Below are positions 25,100 through 37,945 of a stretch of 64,000 nucleotides of DNA, in pieces. Source of the DNA: Paecilomyces variotii. Taxonomy: Eukaryota. Each line of letters starts with the position of its first letter. The first letter of the stretch is position 1. The stretch lies in assembly GCA_004022145.1 (NCBI GenBank), contig RCNU01000001.1; one strand, written 5' to 3'. The position numbers were made by a program, and so were the translations under genes. A model generated the notes under the pieces. It saw nothing but the letters and a program-made list of their open reading frames with translations. It was not told the DNA's origin and searched no databases.

Positions 25100-28000
25100 A
25101 TGGAGCTCCAGGCGGAATATTTCCATCACCCCTATTCGCCGTATGACATCCAGCTGAACTTTATGAGATCATTATACACATGCATCGAAGAGGGAAAAGT
25201 CGGGATCTTCGAGTCTCCTACTGGTAAGAGCCATGGAATCTATCTCTACGGTTGAATATTCTATGCATTATCTGACTATAGCATTTTATAGGCACTGTAC
25301 GTCGTCCCCAGGTCATATCGCGAAAGAACTTTCTTTGAGGAGGATAGAGTTGAATATCTCAGCATAAATTAAGCAATGTGTTGAGATGATCATTTCCTCC
25401 TTGGGAATCTTGTTAACTTCACCTTGACAGCGACTAGGATTCCCTCGCTGACCACGTTCATATTTAGGGCAAATCTCTGAGTTTGATATGTGGCTCCTTG
25501 ACGTGGCTCCGAGATTACAAGCGCAAGCAATTTTTGGAGACTCTAGAGAGCTCATTAGGTCCATATCCCTATCCGTACTCATTACATCGCTGCAGCTAAC
25601 ATAGCATAGGTGATGATGAACCGGAATGGATGCTGGAATTCGCCAAGAAAGAGAAGACCCGCGAGCTCGCAGAGAAAAGAAAGAACTTGGAAGCGCGTCT
25701 CGCAAAGGCCAGAGAGGAAGAAGAACGAATAAAGAGGGATTTCGAGCGACCAGGCAGGCCCAGAAAGAAACAAGTACGAGATCACAGGCTTCCCAACAAA
25801 CACCAGACTGGGCGACTGACGGCACAGAAACTCGATTCTTCCGCGACCCAAGCAGACGATGATGGGGACCAGTTTGAACTCGACGACTATGACAGCGACA
25901 TCGAAGAAAATAAGAAGGCCTTCGGTGGTAAATCCGACGATGCCCTTGGTCTCTCAGCCAGTACGCTTGCATTACTAGAACGATTCAAAAGTCCAGGCTT
26001 GGCACAGGATAAACTTGGTGAAGGTGACGATGAGGACATCAAGATATTTTACTGCTCGAGAACCCATTCTCAGCTCAGTCAGTTTGCCAACGAGTTGCGG
26101 CGGGTGACATTCCCGCCAAGTCTTCCGCTTGAGGAATCTCCCATTGGGGGTTCAGCAGATCGCACTGGCGGAAGCAAAGACTTGGTCGAAGCTGTGAAGC
26201 ATTTGTCTCTCGGGTCGAGGAAGAATTTATGTATTAATCCCAAGGTTTCCGCTCTGGGTAACGCGACGGCCATAAATGAACGCTGTCTGGAGCTTCAACA
26301 GACTGGCGTGAGTGCGGAGCACAAGTGTCCATATCTGCCTTCGAAGGAGAATGAAGCGCTAGTTCTGGAATTCCGCGATCATGCCCTTGCGACAGTCAAG
26401 GACATCGAAGATATAGGGAAGGTGGGGAAGAAAGTCGGTATATGCCCGTACTATGCATCGCGTTCTGTCATTAAACAAAGCGAGGTCAGTAGATTTTTAT
26501 GGTACTGGTGCTTGTGCTTGTACTGAATTCTGGTAGATTGTTACGCTCCCATATCCACTGCTTCTGCAGCGCTCGGCTCGAGACGCTCTTGGGCTTTCTG
26601 TGAAAAATCATGTTGTTATCATCGATGAGGCCCATAATCTTATGGACGCGATTTCTGAAATCAATTCGGCCAGTGTTACGCTCAAGCAGTTACATACCGC
26701 TCTCTCACAACTCACTACCTATGCCCGGAAGTACAAACTGCGGTTGAAGGGCAAAAATCGCGTCTACATTACCCAGCTCATCCGATTAATTGATTCGATA
26801 CATAACCAACTCCAGTCGATAGCAAAGACAAGGCAGGAAACAGAAAGCTCTCTGTTGCCTTCGGATCTCATGGCTGGCAAGGGAGTTGACCAGATCAACC
26901 CGCATAAGTTGTCGCGCTATCTCCAGGAAAGTAAACTGGCAAGAAAAGTCGACGGATTAACAGAACATCTCCAGAAGACGGAAACACGCCGTTCCGATGA
27001 GAGGGCGGCCACCCCGGTCCTGTTCCAAGTCCAGAGTTTCCTCTTATCGTTGATGAATCCCTCCGCCGAAGGCCAGCTCTTTTTCGTCAAAACACCGGAT
27101 GATATACAGCTTAGGTATATGCTTCTCGACCCTACAAACCATTTCCGTGAGATAGTGGAAGATGCCAGGGCAGTGATCCTGGCCGGAGGGACAATGTCTC
27201 CTGTAAGTCTGTCCCATGTCATGTTCTGATAGACAGTCATTGACGAAGATATAACGGCATAGATGACGGATTACGCAGACTACCTATTTTCTTACGTGAC
27301 GGGAGAGCGCCTTGACACATTCAGTTATGGTCATGTCATCCCAGCAGATAATCTAGCAGCTCGGACCCTCTCCAGGGGCGTCCTGGGCACAGAGTTTGAC
27401 TTTACATACAAAGCCCGAGACTCTGATAAGATGGTATGATCTTTCTTTCTTCTCTGCCATGCCTCAGTAGGGTTGTCCATATATGCTTACAAGAGTTTCT
27501 ATTTTACTCTCTAGATAAATGATCTCGGAAGAACTATAGCTGAACTTTGTCAAGTGATACCAGACGGTCTCGTCGCATTCTTCCCCAGCTACGATTATTT
27601 GAATCAAGTTGTTGCAAAGTGGAAGAAAACACCTGCGGGAGAAAAGGGGAAGACCGTCCTTGATCTGATCCAGGGCAAGAAGCCTCTCTTCTACGAGTCG
27701 CAAGACAGGTCCAACTCAACAGAGCAACTGCTGCAGGAGTATTCCAATGCAGTAGCAACCGGTTCCGGTGCGCTGCTTTTGTCCGTTATTGGAGGTAAAC
27801 TGTCCGAAGGCATAAACTTTTCCGATAAACTGGGAAGAGGAGTCCTCGTCGTCGGTCTACCGTTCCCCAATCTCCACAGTGCTGTCTGGAAGGCCAAACT
27901 CGGCCACGTGGAGCAGAAGGTTTACCAACACACTACCGGCTCTGAGGAGAACAGGAGGGCAAAAGCCAAAGCTGCTGGGCGAGATTTCTACGAGAATGCG

Positions 28001-28216
28001 TGTATGAGGGCGGTGAATCAATCCATCGGAAGAGCCATAAGGCACCGGAATGATTACGCATCTATCATCATGATTGATAGGAGATACGAGAGCGCTCGGA
28101 TACAGGCCAAATTACCTGCGTGGATCAAGCAGGGTCTGGCCACTGGTGATGCTGCCAATTCAGCCGGACGAACAGTGCAAGCGCTCACGGAATTCTTTCG
28201 CAAACCGAGGAACTAG
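25100..28216 (+). CDS. CHL1: Chl1/DDX11 Fe-S DNA helicase; exons 25100-25223, 25292-25296, 25468-25558, 25610-25773, 25828-26484, 26537-27202, 27263-27433, 27515-28216
   Basis: [12 protein letters not shown]-motif, spliced Walker [20 protein letters not shown], Fe-S cysteines (LCIN, NERC, CPY, CPYY), [29 protein letters not shown]. Confidence 0.95.
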
Positions 28217-28405
28217 TCAATGAGCTGTACATATCTTTTTGTTATTGACGAGACTCGGGTTCTTGAGACGTTATGTATAGAGACATAACCTGTTTAATAG
28301 CGTGTCGAAATGTTCATCAAGAGCTGGATCTAAATCATCAGCTGAGTTTAATATCAACCACTCAAACTCATAATGGATCTAAAGATCTATCGCTATGCAC
28401 GTCAT

Positions 28406-29715
28406 CTAGATTTTCGATTCGCGAACAAACCCCGTCTTCGAAACGCTACCGCTAGCCGACAGAGTCTCCGCAACGAATCTAGTAGCCTCCTGGACCATTC
28501 CCGGCGTGACCTCATGACCTGCCGTCTCGAAAATGATATCCTCGAAATGGACACCACCGTCAGCGAACCAGCCTTGTGGCCCAACGGCCTTTTTCAGCCA
28601 GGTCAGCACGGCCTCTCCACGCTTATACGGCACGAGCTTATCAGCACCGCCGGAGAGGTTCAGGATCCTCTTCCCAGCCAAACAGCGGGTCAAGAGCGGT
28701 CGTAGGACCGCCTTCTCTTCTTCAGAAGGCTCCGGAATGGGGTCATCATGCAAAGGCTTGTCCTTAGCGTCTGATTTCATATGGTTTAGTATAAGACTAG
28801 CCAAGTCGAATTTCCGCACCGTGTCGAGGAGAGAACGAGGAAAGTCCTCGGAGCCCAAAAACTTTGAACCCTGTGGATCTGTGCTCGTCCATGAAGGAAG
28901 CTTGGAGAGCCTCGCGCGATCTGCCATCAGGTTGACATAGTCAGGACAGCCTATGATGACCACGGCGGCCGTGATGCGGGGTTCGTGGAGGATACAGCTC
29001 CACGAGGCATGGCCGCCTAGGGAGACGCCGAGGACCAGATTGGTTGTGATGGTGCGGTCGGATTTGGGGAAGATGTAGGACGGGAGATAGTCGAGTAGAA
29101 GCGAGGTGTCGCGAGCGGTACCCTCTGTTTGAATGGGTTAGTTGGAAGACGCTGAATGAGGTTTGCTTGCCAGTAAGTAAACCAAAAATGTAAAAAGAAA
29201 GAAAAAGGACCAATTGACCAATGATGGGCAAATTTCCAATCTATGGAGAAATGCCACCAGTAACGATAGTCTATACTCTTAAAAAAATTTACTCCATACA
29301 TGGAATGAGACCTACAAGCCCCAGGAGACCACTTACGGAAGATAGAAAACATATCCTGCGCATGCCGAGGATTGCCTTGCTTCCAGGCCTCATTGGCAAG
29401 CGGCTCGACTAGTCTCGTCCCATGGTTTCTCTGATCAAACGAGACAGCAATGAGTCCCTGGTTCGAGCCGGTTTGGCCCTCTGCGAGTTTCTTATTCCAG
29501 TCCGTGATGATGGTGGCTGCGATACCTGTCATCCGTTCCTGGGTGGCCAGCCGCGGATGCAGCAGCCAGAGACAAGCGACCGTCGAAGCCTGCGAGGGGA
29601 GCTCGTCAAGACCAAAAACGGTCGTGGCGATCCCCGCGATGGGGAAGGTCTTCTTGGAGACCTGTGGAGGCTCTGAAGCGTGTGTGTTCGCCATTGGGTC
29701 CAGAGGGTTTGCCAT
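28406..29715 (-). CDS. Alpha/beta-hydrolase fold protein; exons 29715-29337 and 29124-28406
   Basis: Spliced frame gives FDQRNHG, nucleophile elbow GVSLGGH, SGGADKLVP (Asp) and AGHEV (His) for a Ser-Asp-His triad. Confidence 0.85.
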
Positions 29716-30719
29716 GTAGATACTGTACTTCTTTGTCTAGAGTAAGATAAGAGTAGAGTAGAGTAAAGTAGAGTACGGAGTAGGTTGAAGTTCCGGCTGA
29801 GACGGTGTCTTAGGTTTCGATCCACTCCAATTGCAGGATGCTCAGTGAGTTCTCTGGACGACAGATACCTTTTGTATGGATGATATATGATATATCAAGT
29901 ATATCTAGAGTTATAGTTATATTCTTCCTATGGAGGAATGCTCTCTATTATTATTTATTATTTATTAATTCCTGTCCATTATTTCCCCGCCGCCTGATCT
30001 ATGGCCACGTGATAGATTAGATAAGCCGTTGTCCTCGGGTTGTTTAATTTAATCAATTCATTCATTCATCAACAATCAATCCATCAATCCATCAATTATC
30101 ATCATAACTAGGTAACTAACTGAAAGGGATCAATGTCAACGGTGAACAATCGTCCTGAGTCGAGATCGAGACAGGATACATAACTCAATAATAGATCCAT
30201 GTTCCTTTCTCCTTTTCCCTGGTCTCTCCCTCTGATGATCGCCCACCTCCGTCGACATTCCAGCCTTGGAGTCTAGACTAGCGAACTTCACGAGCCACAG
30301 CAGCCCGTGGTTTGTCAACGCGCTTGGGGCGCCTGGTTGCCTCTGTCGCTCTCTGTCAGAATCACCCGCCAATAATGCCTTCACCAGTGGTCCTGCCAAG
30401 TGGTCTCCCGTTCTTTAAGTGATTTTAGTGTGTTCAACCGCCCTGGCCGCTCCACTTGTGCCCGGAGACCGCAAAACATCTTTCCGGGGGTTCGTTGTTA
30501 CCGCTGCGGGCTCTCATATCACCGACTGCTTATCTTCTTTTCTCCAGTCGTATCCCCTTTGCCTGTGTCTGATGTCAACCATGGCTGTCCAGTGAGCGGT
30601 TCGGATCCTGTGATAGTGTTCGATTTGGCATGATACGCAATCGACATTGGCCCGCTCACGTTACGGTATAGCATTAAGGGGACCCTGGGGAGGTCCTCTC
30701 CCCTGTTGACACCGCCGAC

Positions 30720-33700
30720 ATGGCTGACGTCGGAGTCACCCCGTCCAACAAACTGGACGAAAAGGCGGCGTCTGTGAAGGATCATGGGGGGAAAGAAAAC
30801 GCAGAACTAATGGCAAATCAGACCCCGGCCTCATCCCCCAGGCAAGACGAAGGAAGGGCATCCGCAGGACAGGCCTCAGGTCAGCTGTCCGAGACCAGGA
30901 AACAGGCTCCTAGTCATAGGAAACAGCCATCGATTCCAGAAAACGCCGTATCGCCCGGTCGCCGCAGCGTCTCCTTTGCCCGAAACGCGTCGGACAATGA
31001 GGGGCACCACGAACCCCCCAACGAACAACCCCGATCAAGGGCATCTTCGCTGTGGGGAGAAGAAAGTGACTCGAAGAAGCAATCCCTCTTCACTAAGCTA
31101 CGGGCATTTGCGGCTGCTCCATCGTTTCCTACGCATTCCCGCTCACCCAGCGGGGCGACCGTCGGTCCTGCCTCGAATGATTACATTGGGACTCCAGGGT
31201 CAGAGAGAGGAGAGTTCCGTTTCGCCAATGCCCTCCAAGAAGAAGGAAGCGAGATTGATGCCGATGCGGAGGAGAGCGCCGGGGAACAACAACGCTCCCG
31301 CCTGGGAAGAAAAAAGAAGAAGTCGAGAAGACCACCAGATAGCAACCCTCCGACGGCACCCACAACTCCCCGGGCTGCGTCCAGACCACCCTTCTACTCC
31401 TCGAATTCGTTTATCTCTCCCTCAGAATCCTTCCGGCATAACTTCTTCCCGCGGCGGGCGAGCACAACTGATTTCACGCCACAACAGCGCGAGGGAGTCT
31501 CCGAAGACGAAGGTCGGGACAGGCTCACTAGAGCTGCAACCAGGAGACGACGTGATGCATGGTTGTCCGGTGCTCGTGCTCTGGGCCACCGACAAGACAC
31601 GCAGGAGAATAACCGGGAGGACAAGCGGCCAAGTCACCTGAAGAAACTGACTGGTTTTGCGGGACCATCAGAGAATGCGGAAGGTACCACAACGTCTTGG
31701 AGACGCCATCGACCCGATCGAGGGTCGAGTCTCAGTGCTCAGAAGTGGAAGCAGATCAAAGCTGGCCTGAAGGCGATCGGACAGCGCCGCAAAGCCGAGA
31801 ACGCTGTTGACCACATGAAATCCGCCGAGTTACTGGCCGAACTAACTTCCGGTGTTCCAGCTGCGTTGATCCTAGCAAGCATGTTCCAACGGGATGAGCA
31901 TGGCAGTCGGCGTATCCCTATCCTGCTAGAACAGTTGAAGGTGCAAGTGACAGATAGCCGCTTCGATTCTCATTCCGGTGATCGTCACTTGGTCTTCAAG
32001 GTCGAGCTGGAGTACGGCAGTGGCATGACACGGATGAAATGGATTATCCATCGCACATTGAGGGATTTCGCGAACCTTCATCTCAAATACAAGTTACACA
32101 TCGGCACGCAGAAGTATATCCAACTAAAAGGCCAGGAGCAAAGTCAGAAACTGCCTCGGTTCCCAAGGAGCGCATTCCCTTACCTCCGAGGCGTCCGGGG
32201 TCTAGATAGTGACGGCGACGATGAGGAGGACGATGGCGGATATGAGACTGGTGCCGAAGCCACAAGTGGAAATGAGAAAGGGAAAAAGAAGAAGGCACGG
32301 CGCTCCTCCATTGGTGGCCTCCGCAGGCGTTCTGGTACGCAAGATAGGGAGATCGCTTCTGGAACTGAAGGAGCCGTGACTACGAAGAAAGAGTCATATC
32401 CTGAGAGACAAAGGAAGAAACTAGAGGCCTACCTACAAAAAATGATCAGCTTCTTGATCTTCCGACCCGATAGCAATCGCCTGTGCAAGTTCTTCGAGCT
32501 GTCAGCTCTCGGTGTCCGTCTGGCTGCTGAAGGCAGTTATCATGGCAAGGAAGGGTTTCTGATTATGCAGTCATCCAAAGGCCTTGATTTCAGGAAAGCC
32601 TTGAACCCTTCGATGGTCAAGAAACGGCACACGCCCAAGTGGTTTTTGGTCAGACATAGCTATGTCGTCTGCGTGGATTCTCCGGAGGATATGCATATCT
32701 ATGATGTCTTTCTGGTGGATTCGTCCTTCAAGGTTCAGGCCCAGAAGGTACGGTTGAGAGAACAGAAAGCGAAGGAAATGGCAAAGTCTGCCAAAGAATC
32801 AGCTGCTCACCCACAGCACCACACATTGAAGATAGAAAACTCCGAGCGTAAATTAAGACTGTTGGCCAGGAACGAACGCCAACTATGTCAGTTCGAGGAT
32901 TCGATCCGGTTCATGGTCCAGAATACACCATGGTCGAAGACAAACCGTTTCGATAGCTTCGCTCCCGTCCGACCAAATTGTTTTGCGCAGTGGCTGGTCG
33001 ATGGGCGTGATCATATGTGGCTAGTATCTCGAGCAATCAACCAAGCCAAGGATGTTATCTACATCCATGACTGGTGGCTAAGTCCTGAATTATACATGCG
33101 GCGACCACCAGCTATTAGTCAAAAGTGGAGATTGGATCGCTTGTTACAACGCAAGGCCCGTGAAGGAGTGAAGGTGTTTGTTATCATGTATCGGAACATT
33201 AACTCCGCCATTCCCATTGATTCCGAGTATTCGAAGTTTTCTCTGCTCGATCTGCATCCGAACGTCTTCGTTCAGAGATCCCCCAATCAGTTCAGACAGA
33301 ATACTTTCTTCTGGGCACATCACGAGAAACTCTGCATTGTTGACCATACCTTGGCTTTCGTTGGAGGAATTGATCTCTGTTTTGGAAGATGGGACACGCC
33401 CCAGCATCTTGTCACGGACGACAAGCCGACCGGTTTTGAGTCTGCAGACATGCCGAAGGACGCTGATCATTGCCAGCTCTGGCCCGGCAAGGACTACTCC
33501 AACCCTCGTGTGCAAGATTTCTTTGATCTTGACAAGCCATATGAAGAGATGTATGACCGCAGCGTCATACCCAGAATGCCCTGGCACGACATCTCTATGC
33601 ATGTAATTGGCCAGCCGGCTCGGGACCTGACGCGGCACTTCGTACAGCGATGGAACTATATCTTACGCCAAAGAAAGCCCACACGACCAACTCCTTTCTT

Positions 33701-36091
33701 GCTTCCTCCTCCTGACTTTAACCCTGGAGACATGGAGGCCCTTGGTCTCGACGGAACCTGCGAGGTCCAGATCCTCCGTTCTAGTAGTATGTGGTCTACA
33801 GGGACACCTGAGGTCACGGAACACAGTATCATGAACGCCTACGTCAAGTTGATCGAACAGTCTGACCATTTCGTTTACATCGAGAATCAGTTCTTTATAA
33901 GTTCCTCCGAGGTTGATGGGAAGAGGATCGAAAATCATATCGGTGATGCGTTGGTCGAACGTATAATTCGAGCAGCTAAGAATGGAGAGACTTGGCGCGC
34001 GGTCATTGTTATCCCCCTCATGCCTGGTTTCCAGAATACCGTCGACAGCGAGGGTGGAACTAGCGTCCGACTGATCATGATGTGCCAGTATCGCAGCATC
34101 TGCCGCGGCGAATCTTCCATATTCGGGCGACTCAGGGCTGCGGGTATCGACCCAGAAGACTATATTCAGTTCTTCAGTCTCAGAGCGTGGGGTAAAATTG
34201 GACCTCAGAAGCAACTTGTCACCGAACAACTTTACATCCACGCAAAGTGTATGATTGTCGATGACCGTGCAGCAATTATTGGGTCTGCTAATATCAATGA
34301 ACGATCCATGCTCGGCTCTCGAGACTCCGAAGTTGCTGCTGTCGTCCGTGACACCGATATGATAAAGTCGACGATGAATGGAGAGCCGTACATGGTCGGA
34401 CGCTTCCCTCATACCCTTCGTATGCGCCTGATGAGAGAACATCTTGGCATTGATGTGGACGAGCTGCTGGAGCAGGAAATTGCAGCAGAGGCGGAACTAC
34501 AGCAGGAGGACGAAGGCGCCCAGAACCCGGGATGTGAAGACGAGTCCGCACGGATGGCCCAGCAGGATGAGCGTGAGATGGTTGAACGTAGGCATCGGAT
34601 TCAGGACGAATTCCTTTCTCGTTCAGAGGAAATGCACAGTTTCAACCACGACGTCGACTGGGAGCAGGAGAACAACCCCAACCTCAAGTCGAACAAGAAG
34701 TTGACGGCCGATTCCAGAGTGACCCGCAATATGGAGCACAGGAAAGATGTGGACGGTGAGGGCGCAGACGTCATGAACATAGCCCTGCAGACTGGCTTCG
34801 GCGAGGGTCGAGATTCTGGATTCATTGAAAACAAAAAGGAAGTTCTTGTCGCGCCCGTTGCGCCCGAGGGCAAAGGGACACTGAAACAGCCTCGCGTTCT
34901 GAAGAACGAATCAAAGTCCAGCCCTAGTGATGTGATTGATCCCAAGGAAAACCAGCTTCCTCCGGTGCCTAATGGAACGGACACCGAGCCGCTCACCTCT
35001 CAACTCCCACCTCTCCCAGGCACAAATGACAATGACATTAGCGGGCGCCCTCCGCCATCAAGGGATGTTGCTCCTGCGCTGCGGTCACAGAACGGTATTT
35101 CTGAGATGAGACGCCCCTTCGTAGACAAGGACTGCATGAGAGACCCTGTCAACGATGCCTTCTATCTCGACACATGGCAAACTGTTGCCGAGAACAACAC
35201 AAAGCTATTCCGTGCTGTGTTCCGCTGCATGCCCGATAGCGAGGTGAAGTCCTGGAAGGAGTACAAGGAATACGCTGCATACGGCGAACGCTTCTCAGAT
35301 ATGCAAAATCACTATGGTTCCAACGCGCAGATGCATCCCCAGTCTAAACCCCAGAGCGGCCCGCCGGGAGCAGGCACAACAGTTTCTTCCGCCCTCGCTG
35401 GAGGCAAGGCGGAGGCCCAGCAGGCTGCTCAAGAGGTCGGTGGTTCTGAAGACGAACCCAAATCTGCGGTTACACTCAATGAAGTCAAGACCGGTGGATC
35501 CTCGACAGATGAAAAGCTCAGACAGTGGGCTTTGGAAGCAAACAGAGCACAAATTGAACGGCAACAGAGGGAGCTATCAAAAGAGGAAACACATTCATCT
35601 CAGGACGAGAAGGCAGCTTTGAAGGTATCGGATACGCAATCGTCACGTACGACGCCCAACACGCAGAGCAACGAGAATGTTGCACCGTCCGAGGAGGCCG
35701 AGAAGCAGCGCTCCGGGTCTCAATTCGTTGGCTATTCAGAGGCGGTCAACATGAATGCGTCTTCCCAGCCCCGAAGGCGAAGACGGAGAGCCACCACGCT
35801 TGGCTCAAAGAGGGAGTTCCATGCCTCTGATGATATCATGAGCAAAGAGCAGGCAGAAGAGTTATTGAACATGGTGCAAGGTCACCTTGTTCTCTGGCCT
35901 TATGAATGGTACGTCTTGCGGAATTTAGAGGTGCTAGTATTTGTACTAACAACTTGGGGCAGGTTGGAGCGAGAGGAACAAGGCGGTAATTGGCTATACA
36001 CGCTGGACCAGATATCGCCTCTCGAAATCTAGTAAGTTTCCCTCTGCGAACATGACAACGAATATCTAGCTAACCCGCGTCTAGCAACTGA
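30720..36091 (+). CDS. SPO14: Phospholipase D1 (Spo14-like; PX/PH region, two HKD motifs); introns 35909-35962 and 36032-36084
   Basis: HKD motifs HHEKLCIVD and IHAKCMIVDD..IGSANINERS, plus PRMPWHD and YIENQFF; spliced ending EIYN. Confidence 0.93.
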
Positions 36092-37945
36092 TTCTGTCGC
36101 TCGAGTTGCTAGCATATCCTGTCAGCTTCGCTGGAATGCCGTTCCTCTAGTCATCACTTGTTGCTACATAGCCCTTACGGCTGTCTCCTCATCTCCGATT
36201 ATTTGGATGTTAAACAATCATGCTCATCAAACCCCTTCGTGGACTGCAGTGGTGCTTTGGCGATGGCACTCGTTATCTATTTTTCATGCTTTAATTTAAT
36301 AATCGTGCCATGGCACCGCTGATAGCAGGTGTGACTATCGTCGCATCAGAGACTTGACAGCCGCAACCATCATAGGATGGTCCCTGCGCAGTTGACGTTG
36401 GCTTCGATCGATCTATGTACATACATATCTGGCATACAATCGTCTTCTGAGCGACGATTCCTAGAGCGCAGTTCCAGTTATTCGGATGGGTTTCAGTGTC
36501 TTGTTTTGTTGAACTCAATAGATAAATGCTATTTTACCCAGAAAACATGGAATAGATCGTTTGATGGTTATGTTAGTTTATTCAAATGATATTGAAGAGA
36601 GGAGTCAGTCAGTATTATAGATCCAGCATGGTGGAGAAAGAAGGTCAATATCTACCCAATAATAGAAAACCAATACATCACCATCGATTATAATGCCTAC
36701 CACAACCTGAGCAATATATTACTCCGTACTCGAGAAGAGAATCGGCATTTTGACTAGGACATGCTTCTCGGGCTCTCTAGTGAGAATGTAATGTTATTCT
36801 GAGCGCATATAGACGGTATTTGATACCGCTTATCATGGTGGTCCTGCAATAGTCTTAGAGTACTATCTAGGGGCTACCTCGAGTCGTAACACTAGCCTGA
36901 TTGTTTGAAGCCAGGGCGCTTGTTGTGGTTAGTTTATCAACGTAAACTAAACAAAATGATACAACTCCGAGTGCAATCAAATGTGAAGGTAATTTGGAAA
37001 TTTGTGAATTGGGTTCGACTCCGATGTACCTGATAACTGTTCTCTATGTTGTAATTATTATTTTTATCATTATCATAGGTTGGAGGCGTATACTTGCAAA
37101 GTCCCTAGACTGAGATCGGTTAACTAGAATTTAAAGCCTGGCCAGACGCCCACAGTGGGTCTGGACTGGACTCTGTAGAAGTGGAGGGCTCCATAACAAT
37201 CGTATCCTGAATGAGCGATAGAGAGATAAGGGCTAATAACATGGCGTTCGAAACGATATTTAAGGGTGTTGAAGCGCAAGATCAGATGGAACTAGGCCTG
37301 AAGAGCCTGAGAAGATGAGACGGACCGGCTGATGGCATCTTGACTATACTAGATCCCGAACATATAGCGCACGCAAGGGTTCAGAATCAAATGCAGAGAA
37401 GACGAAACATAGTAGATAACTAACTTAATAGTATGTACAATATTATTATTATTATTATTACCTGTGGGTGTGGGGAGTGACGCCTGAGGCCGGCAGCCGA
37501 AAGGGGATGCTCGATCGGCCGTCCCAAGTCCAACTGCGGCGCATAACTTCATCGCTCAGGGGCCCTTGATTCCTCGATCCTCGACAGTCGTTCACTTGCC
37601 TTATATGAACCTCACGCGCGCATCCTAACGAGAGGGCAGGGGAGGTTATTACTATTACCTGGCAATCTTTCTTTTCTTTCTTTTCCCCCCTGTCTTTTCT
37701 GTCCTTTCTTTTTCGCTGTCGCGACCCTTTGATATCCCGCTATCCTGCGTTTGCGTCGCCCGCGCCCAGGACGCCTCTTTTTCTAAGCTATTAATTATTC
37801 CCTCGATCTTCGTCTGATCTTGGGTCGTACCAATTCGTTTCTTATCCGAACGCGGGGCGCAACAAATAATTCGCGACGAGCGAAAGAACGACGCTATCTG
37901 ATGGGGAAGGGTTGACGAAGACTGAAATATACTGTACATGTGACG

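Noticed and set aside
25313..25972. 219-aa minus-strand ORF across the CHL1 5' region
   Set aside because: Antisense to CHL1 exons and introns; no domain evidence.
29017..29336. ORF read-through of the 212-nt hydrolase intron
   Set aside because: Canonical GTAAGT/CTAAC/CAG signals, and splicing is needed to bring GVSLGG into frame; the read-through has no evident function.
36960..37040. tRNA gene around GGTTCGACTCC
   Set aside because: T-stem pairing fails and no acceptor, D or anticodon arms can be built.
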